In this document: positions 9,336-18,687 of the stretch, one piece after another | Numbering within the stretch: the stretch's first letter is position 1 | How the letters are laid out: the number at the start of each line of letters is the position of its first letter | Source of the DNA: Oceanibacterium hippocampi | GTDB taxonomy: Bacteria; Pseudomonadota; Alphaproteobacteria; Sneathiellales; Sneathiellaceae | Direction of reading: 5' to 3' | Assembly: GCF_900172325.1 (NCBI RefSeq) | Contig: NZ_FWFR01000001.1 | Coordinates: 1,301,773 to 1,333,772 of the forward strand | DNA length: 32,000 bases | Translations under genes and position numbers: made by a program | The notes under the pieces: generated by a model | Told to the model about the DNA's origin: nothing | Database searches by the model: none | The model's input: the letters and a program-made list of their open reading frames with translations, nothing else

Positions 9336-11167
9336 CCATCCGGCGCCTGCCGGAAGGGCTGGTCAACCGGATCGCCGCCGGCGAAGTGATCGAGAGACCG
9401 GCCTCGGCGGTCAAGGAACTGGTCGAGAACGCGATCGACGCCGGCGCCCGGCGGATCGGCGTGACCCTTCGCGACGGCGGCCGCAGCCTGATCGCGGTCG
9501 CCGACGACGGTACCGGCATGACCGCCGATGAAATGGAACTTGCGGTCGAACGCCACGCCACCTCCAAGCTGCCCGACGACGACCTCGTGCGCATCGCCCA
9601 TCTCGGCTTCCGTGGCGAGGCGCTGCCCTCGATCGGTTCGGTCAGCCGGCTCTCCATCACGTCCCGCACCGCCGACGCCGACAGCGGCTTCCGCCTCGAC
9701 ATCGCCGGCGGGGTCAAGCAGCCGGTCGCCCCCGCGGCGATGACCCGGGGCACAAGGGTCGAGGTGCGCGACCTGTTCTTCGCCACTCCGGCGCGGCTCA
9801 AGTTCCTCAAGAGCGAACGCGCCGAGCAGGCCCAGGCGCTCGCCGTGGTTCGCCGCCTGGCGCTCGCCTGCCCGGAGATCGGCTTCACCTTCGACGACGA
9901 CCGGCGCACGGTGCTCCGCCTCGAGCCGGAGAACGGCGAACTGTTCGAGGCCCGGCTCGGCCGCGTCTCGGCAATCCTCGGCCGGGATTTCCGCGACAAC
10001 GCGGTGCCGATCGACGCCGAACGCGAGGGCATCCGGCTGGCCGGCCATGCCGGGCTGCCGACGATGAACCGCGGCAACGCGGAAATGCAGTTCCTCTTCG
10101 TCAACGGCCGCCCGGTGCAGGACCGGCTGTTCACCGGCGCGATCCGCGCCGCCTACATGGACGTGCTGGCGCGCGACCGGCATCCGCTGCTGGCGCTCTT
10201 TCTCGAGATCCCGCCGGACATGGTCGACGTCAATGTTCATCCCGCCAAGTCCGAGGTCCGGTTCCGGGATTCCGGCATCGTGCGCGGGCTGATCATCGGC
10301 GCCGTCCGCCATGCTCTCGCGGAGGCCGGACACCGCGCCTCCTCGACGCTCACCGGTGCGGCGCTCGGCGCCTTCCAGGGCGGCGGCCGGCCGGCGCTGC
10401 CGCTCCGCGCCGCCTGGGGCGGCTATCGCCCGGGACCGGGTGCGTCGCCCGGCATGATGGAGGCGGCGGCCGATTACCAGGCGCCGCTCGCGGCCGGCGA
10501 GGGGCGCCTCGAAGGTACGCTCCGGCCCGAGGCCCCGGCAGCCCTCGCCGGGGGCGCGGCAATCGTACCCGAGACCGCCCCCGGAGATCATCCGCTCGGC
10601 GCCGCGCGGGCGCAGCTTCACGGGACCTACGTGATCGCCGAGACCGCCGACGGGATCGTCATCGTCGACCAGCATGCCGCCCACGAGCGGCTGGTGATGG
10701 AGAAGATGAAGGCGGCGCTCGGCGAGCGCGATGTGCCGCGCCAGATGCTGCTGCTGCCGGAGGTCGTGGAACTGGACGAGGCCTCGGTGCTGCGCCTTGC
10801 CGACAGGGCCGATGAGTTCGCCGAGCTCGGCCTCGTGCTGGAGCCCTTCGGGCCGGGCGCCATCGTCGTTCGCGAGACCCCGGCGCCGCTCGGCCAGTGC
10901 GACGTCAAGGGCCTGGCCCGCGATCTTGCCGATGAGCTGGCCGAGCTCGACCAGTCGGTGAGCCTGAAGGAACGGCTCGACGATGTCTGCGCGACCATGG
11001 CCTGCCACGGCTCGGTGCGCGCGGGGCGGCGCCTCAACCAGGCGGAGATGGATGCGCTCCTGCGCCAGATGGAGGTGACACCGCGCGCCGGCCAGTGCAA
11101 CCACGGCCGGCCGACGTACGTCGCGCTCAGCCTTGCCGATATCGAGAGGCTGTTCGGCCGACGCTGA
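9332..11167 (+). CDS. mutL: DNA mismatch repair endonuclease MutL
   Basis: GHKL ATPase motifs [32 protein letters not shown] and [11 protein letters not shown]-terminal [12 protein letters not shown] and CNHGRPT. GTG start overlaps the pgi stop by 4 nt. Confidence 0.97.
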   Translation: MTIRRLPEGLVNRIAAGEVIERPASAVKELVENAIDAGARRIGVTLRDGGRSLIAVADDGTGMTADEMELAVERHATSKLPDDDLVRIAHLGFRGEALPSIGSVSRLSITSRTADADSGFRLDIAGGVKQPVAPAAMTRGTRVEVRDLFFATPARLKFLKSERAEQAQALAVVRRLALACPEIGFTFDDDRRTVLRLEPENGELFEARLGRVSAILGRDFRDNAVPIDAEREGIRLAGHAGLPTMNRGNAEMQFLFVNGRPVQDRLFTGAIRAAYMDVLARDRHPLLALFLEIPPDMVDVNVHPAKSEVRFRDSGIVRGLIIGAVRHALAEAGHRASSTLTGAALGAFQGGGRPALPLRAAWGGYRPGPGASPGMMEAAADYQAPLAAGEGRLEGTLRPEAPAALAGGAAIVPETAPGDHPLGAARAQLHGTYVIAETADGIVIVDQHAAHERLVMEKMKAALGERDVPRQMLLLPEVVELDEASVLRLADRADEFAELGLVLEPFGPGAIVVRETPAPLGQCDVKGLARDLADELAELDQSVSLKERLDDVCATMACHGSVRAGRRLNQAEMDALLRQMEVTPRAGQCNHGRPTYVALSLADIERLFGRR

Positions 11168-11453
11168 ACGGGTCCGCTTCAAATTCCGGGCTCGGCCCCG
11201 TAGGATCGTGAACGATGTGTGTACCTGAATCCATGATCGCTTCTCCACATGTCCCGCCCGCCGGTCAGGATCGCAAGCATGTTCAGGATGTCAGCCCCGG
11301 GTTGTCGATGACGTTGCAGGCGTCGGCCGACGCCTCGCGCCCGTCGCATGCCCACAATGGAGAGGCGCCGCCAACGCCCCCTTCACGGCACGCCGACAGC
11401 GTCTTGCCGCCGTTCTCCCGCTGGCCCAGGCAGTCTTCCTCCGGGCCGCTCTG

Positions 11454-13289
11454 ATGACCGAGGGAATCGCGCTTGTCGTGCTTATCGGGGCGGGCCTGGT
11501 CGTCATATCCGCCTTCACCAGCCTCATCGCCTTCCGGGTCGGCACGCCACTGCTTCTGATCTTTCTCGGGGTGGGCCTGCTTGCCGGCGAGGACGGGCCC
11601 GGCGGCATCCGGTTCGAGGACGCCGGCAGTGCGTATTTCATCGGCAGCGTGGCACTGGCGGTCATCCTGTTCGACAGCGGGATCACCACGCCCCGGCGGA
11701 TGCTCCGCGTCGCCGCGGGGCCGGCGACCGTCCTTGCCACGGTCGGCGTGCTACTGACGGCCGTGGTCCTCGCGGTCCCCATCCATTTCCTTCTGGACCT
11801 TCCGTGGCTCGAGGCGCTTCTCCTCGGGGCGATCGTGGGATCGACGGACGCAGCGGCCGTCTTTTTCCTCCTGCGCGTCGGCGGCATCCAGATCCGCGAG
11901 CGCGTGCGCGCGACGCTCGAAGTGGAATCCGCGTCGAACGATCCGATGGCGATCTTTCTGACCGTGCTGCTGGTCGAGACGATCGCCGCCGGCACGACGA
12001 CGGCACAGGACATCTCCTGGAACTTCCTGAGCACGTTGTCGGTCCAGTTCGGGCTTGGCGCTCTGTGCGGCGTCGTGTTCGGCTACCTGATAGTGCAGGG
12101 CCTGAACCGCGTCCGGCTGGAAACCGGGCTCTTCCCCATCGTCATCGTCGGGCTGGCGCTCTGCGTCTTCTCGATCACGTCACTTCTCGGCGGGAGCGGG
12201 TTTCTCGCCGCCTATATCGCCGGGCTGGTGATGGGCAACATGGAACTCAAGGGCGGCCTGGCGTTTCGCCGTTTTCAGGAAGGCCTGACCTGGCTTGCCC
12301 AGATCACCATGTTCCTCGTGCTCGGCCTGCTGGCGGCACCGTCCGAGTTCCCGGCGATCGCCTGGCAGTCGGTGGTGATCGGTCTCGCGCTGATGCTGGT
12401 GGCGCGGCCGATCGCGATATGGCTCTGCCTCATGCCGTTCGGCTTTCACCGCAACGAGGCCACCTTCATCGCCTGGGTCGGGCTCCGCGGAGCCGTCTCG
12501 ATACTCCTCGCGATCCTCCCGCTCGTCGCCGGCTTCGGGTCGGGTCACACCCTCTTCAATGCCGCGTTCATCATCGTCCTGACATCGTTGCTGGTGCAGG
12601 GCTGGACACTCCGGCCGGTGGCCAAATGGCTGGGCGTCGTCGTTCCGCCCAAGACCGGGGCGGTCGACAAGATCGAGCTGGAACTGCCCGGCACCGCACG
12701 GCACGAACTGGTTGTCTACCGGATCGTTGCCGACAGTCCCGTCGTCCTCGGTGAACGGATCCCGCGATGGGCGCGCCCGTCGCTGATCGTCCGCGACGGA
12801 CGGTCGATGCGCGTGCACGAGGCCGGCCGGCTGCAGCCCGGTGACAGTGTCTATATCTTCGCTCCGCCAAGGCTGACCGGTCTCCTTGACCGGCTGTTTG
12901 CCAGCAAGATCGAGCTGTCCGAAAGCGACCTGGATTACTTCGGCGAGTTCGAGATCGACGCCACGCAGTCTATCGGCAACCTGGCCGACGCATACGGCTT
13001 CGAGATCGTGCCGGACGAACGCGAGGTTTCGGTCGGGGATTTCCTCAGGAAACGCCTCGGAAACCCCATGGGGCGCGGCGACCGGCTGGTGGTCGGTCCC
13101 GTGGAACTGATCGTCCGCGATATCGATATCGACAATGATCGCATGTCGATCGGTCTTGCCGTCGAGCCGACCACGGCCTCCACGCCTCGCCTTCCGCTCT
13201 TCCAGAGTTTCCAGGAAATCTCCGTCGCGCTGCGGGCGTGGCTGAAACGTCGGTCATTCGGATCGACGGACAAGGAAACGAACGACTGA
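11454..13289 (+). CDS. nhaP2: CPA1-family K+(Na+)/H+ antiporter, NhaP2/CvrA-like, with C-terminal regulatory domains
   Basis: Polytopic membrane protein with LGVGLLAGEDGPGG, GSTDAAAVFFLLR and GLRGAVSILLAILPL. Cytosolic tail resembles TrkA_C/CorC_HlyC regions. Confidence 0.9.
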   Translation: MTEGIALVVLIGAGLVVISAFTSLIAFRVGTPLLLIFLGVGLLAGEDGPGGIRFEDAGSAYFIGSVALAVILFDSGITTPRRMLRVAAGPATVLATVGVLLTAVVLAVPIHFLLDLPWLEALLLGAIVGSTDAAAVFFLLRVGGIQIRERVRATLEVESASNDPMAIFLTVLLVETIAAGTTTAQDISWNFLSTLSVQFGLGALCGVVFGYLIVQGLNRVRLETGLFPIVIVGLALCVFSITSLLGGSGFLAAYIAGLVMGNMELKGGLAFRRFQEGLTWLAQITMFLVLGLLAAPSEFPAIAWQSVVIGLALMLVARPIAIWLCLMPFGFHRNEATFIAWVGLRGAVSILLAILPLVAGFGSGHTLFNAAFIIVLTSLLVQGWTLRPVAKWLGVVVPPKTGAVDKIELELPGTARHELVVYRIVADSPVVLGERIPRWARPSLIVRDGRSMRVHEAGRLQPGDSVYIFAPPRLTGLLDRLFASKIELSESDLDYFGEFEIDATQSIGNLADAYGFEIVPDEREVSVGDFLRKRLGNPMGRGDRLVVGPVELIVRDIDIDNDRMSIGLAVEPTTASTPRLPLFQSFQEISVALRAWLKRRSFGSTDKETND

Positions 13290-13417
13290 GCGACGGTCTA
13301 TCGGCTGCCGGGAATGGCGTCTTGGCGTCGGTGGTCACGACCCGCCCGAGGCCGGTCAGCCCGCACCGAAGCCGCCGATCCTGCCCCTGGCCATCATGGT
13401 CCCGCGCATCGGCGCGA

Positions 13418-13439
13418 CAGGTGGCGTGGCCGCCACCTG
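13418..13439. terminator. Stable hairpin between convergent nhaP2 and phoH-like genes (CAGGTGGC/GCCACCTG)
   Basis: Perfect 8-bp inverted repeat with a 6-nt loop between convergent genes; no T-run on either side. Confidence 0.35.
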
Positions 13440-13470
13440 CCGCGCGATCTCCGGCGCCGGCCGGCGTCGT

Positions 13471-14202
13471 TCAGAGAACGCCGAGCATCTCGCCGACCAG
13501 CGGGTGGCGGACAACGTCGACATCCTTCAGCCGGACCACCGAGACATTGTCGAGCGGCTCGAGCCGGTTGGCGATGTCGGACAGGCCGGACAGCCCGTCG
13601 AGCAGGTCGGACTGGTCCGGATCGCCGGTCACCACCATGGTCGAGTTCCAGCCGAGCCGGGTCAGCAGCATCTTGAGCTGGCCGTAGGTGCAGTTCTGCG
13701 CCTCGTCGATGACGATATAGGCATTGTTGAGGGTGCGGCCGCGCATGAAGGCGACCGGGGCCAGTTCGATCGACCCGTCGGTCAGCATGGCCTTGAGCTG
13801 CTTGCCGCCGATCCGGTCGCTGAGCGCGTCATAGAGCGGCCGCAGGTAGGGCATCAGCTTCTCTTCCATGTCACCGGGAAGAAAGCCCAGGTTCTCGCCG
13901 GCCTCGACCGCCGGGCGTGACAGGATCAGGCGGTCGATCCGGCCCGCCTGCAGGGCCTCGACCGCCTTGGCGACGGCGAGGTAGGTCTTGCCGGTGCCGG
14001 CCGGGCCGAGCGCCAGCACGAGATTGCTGCGGTCGAGCGCTTCCAGCAGGGTTGCCTGACCGGCGCTGCGCGGTTTGAGCGTCCGGAGATAACGCTGGTC
14101 GCGGCGCTCGTCATCGAGCGGCGACCAGGAATGGCCCTCCGGGTAAAGAGAATGGACATTGCCTTCGACACCGTCCCTACGGCGCGGTGAACGCTTGGCC
14201 AT
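13471..14202 (-). CDS. PhoH family ATPase
   Basis: Walker A GPAGTGKTYLAVAKAV, RPAVEAGENLGFLPGDMEEKLMPYLRPLYD, Walker B YIVIDEAQNC and VVTGDPDQ. Confidence 0.95.
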   Translation of the reverse strand: MAKRSPRRRDGVEGNVHSLYPEGHSWSPLDDERRDQRYLRTLKPRSAGQATLLEALDRSNLVLALGPAGTGKTYLAVAKAVEALQAGRIDRLILSRPAVEAGENLGFLPGDMEEKLMPYLRPLYDALSDRIGGKQLKAMLTDGSIELAPVAFMRGRTLNNAYIVIDEAQNCTYGQLKMLLTRLGWNSTMVVTGDPDQSDLLDGLSGLSDIANRLEPLDNVSVVRLKDVDVVRHPLVGEMLGVL

Positions 14203-14231
14203 GCGCGGCTCCTGTCATTGTGGATACAGAC

Positions 14232-14262
14232 AAAAAAAGCCGCGCGCGGATGCGGCGGCTTT
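14232..14262 (-). terminator. Canonical rho-independent terminator, minus-strand orientation
   Basis: Minus strand reads AAAGCCGC CGC ATCC GCG C GCGGCTTT TTTT. This is an 8-bp stem plus 3 inner bp around a single bulge, with a 7-nt U-run (AAAAAAA at 14232-14238 on the plus strand). Confidence 0.85.
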
Positions 14263-14366
14263 CGAGGGGGAGGGGCAGGTCGAACCTGCGGCAGCGAGCG
14301 ACCCGACGAACGGGGTCTTTCGGGAAGGCCTGCAACTGCACTGCTGCCATTACACTCCGCCTCTCG
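14263..14366 (-). ncRNA. Candidate structured non-coding RNA or phoH leader element, class unidentified
   Basis: Closing stem 14263-14268/14361-14366 extended by 14269-14272/14355-14358. Hairpin 14275-14289 (6 bp, GCAGGT/ACCTGC). Stem 14290-14295/14343-14348 (GGCAGC/GCTGCC) with inner hairpin 14300-14304/14313-14317. An intrinsic terminator follows immediately. Confidence 0.5.
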
Positions 14367-14476
14367 TCGTCTCGCGCCGCAGTGCGGCAGAGACGAACCA
14401 AGGCTAGCGCGATGGCGATTCCGCGCCTAGCACTATTTTGTGCCGTCGCGAAAGTTTCACACTAGAACTTGTGAGG

Positions 14477-15055
14477 CTAGGCCGTCGCGGCGCCGCGATA
14501 TCGCAACAGGTGCAGGCGTCCGCGGCCATAGGCGCGGCTCTCGATCGGCGAGAAATCCGCGATCTCGTCGAGCGCTTCGTCCTTCGCCGTCTCGACGACG
14601 GCAAGCGCGCCGGCAGCGAGCCAGTTGCCGGCGGCGAGCGCCGCCAGCGCCGGGCTGCTCAGGCCCTGTCCGTAGGGCGCGTCCATCAGCACGAGGTCGT
14701 GGGCGCGGCTCGCCGCACCGGGCTTTCGGGCGTCGCGCTGCAGGATCGCCGTCTCGCAACCCTCAAGGCCGGCCAGGTTGCGCCGGATCAGGGCGAGCGC
14801 GGTGCGGTCGTTCTCGATGAAAGTGACGCTCGCGGCGCCGCGCGACAGCGCCTCGATGCCAAGCGCGCCCGAGCCGGCGAAGACGTCGAGCACGGCGGCA
14901 TCGGCGGGCAGCGGGCCGGACGGCCCCCGGAGCGCCCGGTTGTGGGCGAGAATGTTGAACAGCGCCTCGCGGGTCCGTTCGCCGGTCGGGCGGATGTCTA
15001 GGCCTTCCGGCGTGTCGAGCTTTCGGCCGCGATAACGGCCACCGACTATGCGCAT
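14477..15055 (-). CDS. rsmD: 16S rRNA (guanine(966)-N(2))-methyltransferase
   Basis: MRIVGGRYRGRKLDTPEGLDIRPTGERTREALFNIL, VLDVFAGSGALGIEALSRGAASVTFIEND and LMDAPYGQGL. The ATG at 15055 matches family N-termini; the ORF itself extends to 15100. Confidence 0.93.
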   Translation of the reverse strand: MRIVGGRYRGRKLDTPEGLDIRPTGERTREALFNILAHNRALRGPSGPLPADAAVLDVFAGSGALGIEALSRGAASVTFIENDRTALALIRRNLAGLEGCETAILQRDARKPGAASRAHDLVLMDAPYGQGLSSPALAALAAGNWLAAGALAVVETAKDEALDEIADFSPIESRAYGRGRLHLLRYRGAATA

Positions 15056-15065
15056 GGGTGCGGCC

Positions 15066-16058
15066 TCACCGTCCCGGCCGCTTCGGCTTGGCCGGGCCAC
15101 CCCTAGCGCCGCCCGTCGCGCCGCCGGCCGACCCCGTGGGGCGGACCGACAGGCGGCCGGTCGGCCGGGCCGCGGGCTTGCCGCGCTTGGCCGCCCAGGG
15201 CTTGTCGTCCATCGGGATGTCGTCGGCGGCCGCTTCCGGTTTGCGCCGCGGCCCCTTGTGCGGCGGCTTGCCCTTGTGCGGACGCCTCGCTTTCGGTTCT
15301 TCCCGGTGTTTCGCCTCGTTCGGCGAGCCGAGCCCGAGCTGGTCGCGAACGATCCGCCGCGGCACTTCCTCGACCAGGCCGGTCTCGAGGTCGCCGAGCT
15401 GGAAGGGTCCGTAGGAAATCCGGATCAGGCGCGCCACATGCAGGCCGAGATGCTGCATCACCTTGCGGATCTCGCGGTTCTTGCCCTCTCGGATCGTCAC
15501 GCTCAGCCAGGCGTTGCTGCCCTGCTGGCGTTCCAGTGTCGCCTGGATGCCGCCGTAGCGGACGCCGTCGACGGTGACCCCCTTCTCGAGCGCCTTGAGC
15601 GCCGCCTCGTCCGGCATGCCATGCACCCGGACCCGATAGCGCCGGGCCCAGCCGGTCGCCGGCAGTTCCATCCGGCGGGCGAGCTCGCCATCGTTGGTGA
15701 GCAGCAGCAGGCCCTCCGACGTCAGGTCGAGGCGGCCGACGCTGATCACCCGCGGCATGTTGTCCGGCAGCTTCTCGAAGACCGTCGGCCGGCCCTGCGG
15801 GTCGCGGTTCGAGGTCACGAGTCCGTCCGGCTTGTGATAGCGCCAGATGCGCGGCGGTTCCGGCTCGGCGAGAGCCTGGCCGTCGATCGTAACCTTTGCC
15901 GACGGCCCGACATTGAGTGCCGGGCTGGCGATCACCTTGCCGTCGACCGAGACCCGGCCGTCGGCGATGAGCAGCTCGGCCTCGCGCCGCGAACAATGGC
16001 CGGCGCGGGCGATGCGCTTGGCGATGCGCTCGCCCTCCGGCGACGTTTCCTTGGTCAT
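15066..16058 (-). CDS. rluB: RluB/RsuA-type 23S/16S pseudouridine synthase with basic low-complexity C-terminal tail
   Basis: S4 domain (RIAKRIARAGHCSRREAELLIADGRVSVDG), catalytic GRLDLTSEGLLLLTNDG and EGKNREIRKVMQHLGLHVARLIRISYGPF. Confidence 0.9.
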   Translation of the reverse strand: MTKETSPEGERIAKRIARAGHCSRREAELLIADGRVSVDGKVIASPALNVGPSAKVTIDGQALAEPEPPRIWRYHKPDGLVTSNRDPQGRPTVFEKLPDNMPRVISVGRLDLTSEGLLLLTNDGELARRMELPATGWARRYRVRVHGMPDEAALKALEKGVTVDGVRYGGIQATLERQQGSNAWLSVTIREGKNREIRKVMQHLGLHVARLIRISYGPFQLGDLETGLVEEVPRRIVRDQLGLGSPNEAKHREEPKARRPHKGKPPHKGPRRKPEAAADDIPMDDKPWAAKRGKPAARPTGRLSVRPTGSAGGATGGARGGPAKPKRPGR

Positions 16059-16062
16059 GGGA

Positions 16063-16776
16063 TCAGGTCCTGGCGGCGGCGATCAGCGCGTCGAAGATCC
16101 GGCGATCGCCGTCGGATATGTGATACTCGGGATGCCACTGGACGCCGAGGCAGAAGCGGTAGCGGCGATCCTCGATGCCCTCGATCACGCCGTCGTCGGC
16201 GCGGGCATTGATGGTGACGTCGGGTCCGGCGGCTTTCGCCGCCTGGTGGTGGGCGCTGTTGACCGGCAGCCGGTCGGCGCCGACGATCTCGTGCAGCAGG
16301 GTGCCCGGCACCACCGAGACGTCGTGGCCCGGCTCGGTGCGCGGATTGGGCTGTTCGTGGGCGAGGCCGTCGGCGATCTCGTCGGGAATATGCTGGATCA
16401 GGGTGCCGCCGAGAATCACGTTGAGAAGCTGCTGGCCGCCACAGATTCCGAGCACCGGCTTGTCGGCGGCGAGGCAGGCCTCGGCGACCGCCCATTCGAA
16501 GCGCGTGCGGCGGTCCTTGGTCACGACCGTCGAATGACGCTCGTTGTCGCCGAACAATGCCGGGTCGACGTCGAAGGCGCCGCCGGTGATGATCAGGCCA
16601 TCGATCAGCTCGCCATAGGCGGCGGCCGCGTCCGGCTCGTGCGGCAGTGCCAGCGGCAGGCCGCCGGCGCTGCTGACGACGTCGCAATAATTCTGGCGGA
16701 CCGCGTACCAGGGCAGATTCGAATATCCCCCGGCGCTTTCCGAATCGAGCGTGATGCCGATGACTGGGCGTTTCAT
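16063..16776 (-). CDS. Class-I glutamine amidotransferase / gamma-glutamyl-GABA hydrolase-like (peptidase C26, PuuD-like)
   Basis: LIITGGAFDVDP, catalytic KPVLGICGGQQLLNVILGGTLIQHI, VNSAHHQAAK and LGVQWHPEYH. Confidence 0.92.
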   Translation of the reverse strand: MKRPVIGITLDSESAGGYSNLPWYAVRQNYCDVVSSAGGLPLALPHEPDAAAAYGELIDGLIITGGAFDVDPALFGDNERHSTVVTKDRRTRFEWAVAEACLAADKPVLGICGGQQLLNVILGGTLIQHIPDEIADGLAHEQPNPRTEPGHDVSVVPGTLLHEIVGADRLPVNSAHHQAAKAAGPDVTINARADDGVIEGIEDRRYRFCLGVQWHPEYHISDGDRRIFDALIAAART

Positions 16777-16885
16777 GGGCGCAATCTAGGGCCAGCCCGT
16801 GTCGAGAGCAACCGGCCGCCGCACGGCGAGCAGCTTTCCGTCGCCCGCGCTTGACGACCGACCGCCCGCGCCGCACTGTCTGGCC

Positions 16886-17344
16886 ATGGATTTCACTGTG
16901 CCGGACTACATGCAGGAGGCCTTCGCGGCCGCCGAGATGGCCGGGCGCCGCGGCGAGGTGCCGATCGGCGCCGTCGTCGTGCACAGCGGCCTCCAGCGCA
17001 TCGTCGGCCGCGCCGGCAATGAGGTCGAGGATCGTGGCGACGCCACCGCGCATGCGGAAATGCTGGCGATTCGCGGCGCCTCGCGGATGCTGGGCCAGAA
17101 ATTCCTCAGCGAATGCGACCTCTACGTGACGCTCGAGCCCTGCCCGATGTGCGCCCAGGCGATCGCCTTCGCGCGCATCCGCCGGCTCTATTTCGCGGCC
17201 TTCGATCCGAAGGGCGGCGGCGTCGAGAACGGCCCCCGCATCTTCGAGCAGCCGACCTGCCACCACCGGCTGGAATGTTATGGCGGCATCCAGGAAATGC
17301 GCAGCGCTGAACTGCTGCGCGACTTTTTCGCGGCCAGGCGTTAG
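16886..17344 (+). CDS. tadA: tRNA-specific adenosine-34 deaminase
   Basis: Cytidine/deoxycytidylate-deaminase zinc motifs TAHAEMLAIR and EPCPMCAQAI; 152 aa from the ATG at 16886. Confidence 0.93.
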   Translation: MDFTVPDYMQEAFAAAEMAGRRGEVPIGAVVVHSGLQRIVGRAGNEVEDRGDATAHAEMLAIRGASRMLGQKFLSECDLYVTLEPCPMCAQAIAFARIRRLYFAAFDPKGGGVENGPRIFEQPTCHHRLECYGGIQEMRSAELLRDFFAARR

Positions 17345-17398
17345 AAACGCCCGTGTCAACAATGTGAATAAGAGCCAGGGAACGAGGAACGAAAGAAC

Positions 17399-18601
<1,203 letters not shown>

Positions 18602-18605
18602 CCGA

Positions 18606-18638
18606 TCGCGGCCGGGTGGGTCTCCCGCCCGGCCGCGA
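18606..18638. terminator. Very stable 15-bp intergenic hairpin after the acyl-CoA dehydrogenase stop codon
   Basis: TCGCGGCCGGGTGGG - TCT - CCCGCCCGGCCGCGA pairs over 15 bp (one G-T wobble) with a 3-nt loop, starting 5 nt after the stop; followed by CCCTTTCC. Confidence 0.55.
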
Positions 18639-18687
18639 CCCTTTCCGCAGTCCGATCCGCCGCGATCTCAGCCAAGGTCGAGAAGTC

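Noticed and set aside
9212-11248. 678-aa minus-strand ORF antisense to mutL
   Set aside because: Antisense shadow ORF (GC-biased codon complement) with His/Arg/Glu-rich low-complexity composition and no family resemblance; mutL is certain.
14263-14366. tRNA, tRNA-Sec or tmRNA gene interpretation (minus strand contains GCAGGTTCGACCTGC)
   Set aside because: The TTCGA sits in a loop that cannot form a standard 5-bp/7-nt T-arm, no anticodon arm or CCA-compatible 7-bp acceptor is present, and there is no tmRNA tag-coding sequence.
14177-14401. 74-aa minus-strand ORF covering the phoH leader
   Set aside because: It overlaps the intrinsic terminator and the structured element and resembles no family; the RNA explanation fits better.
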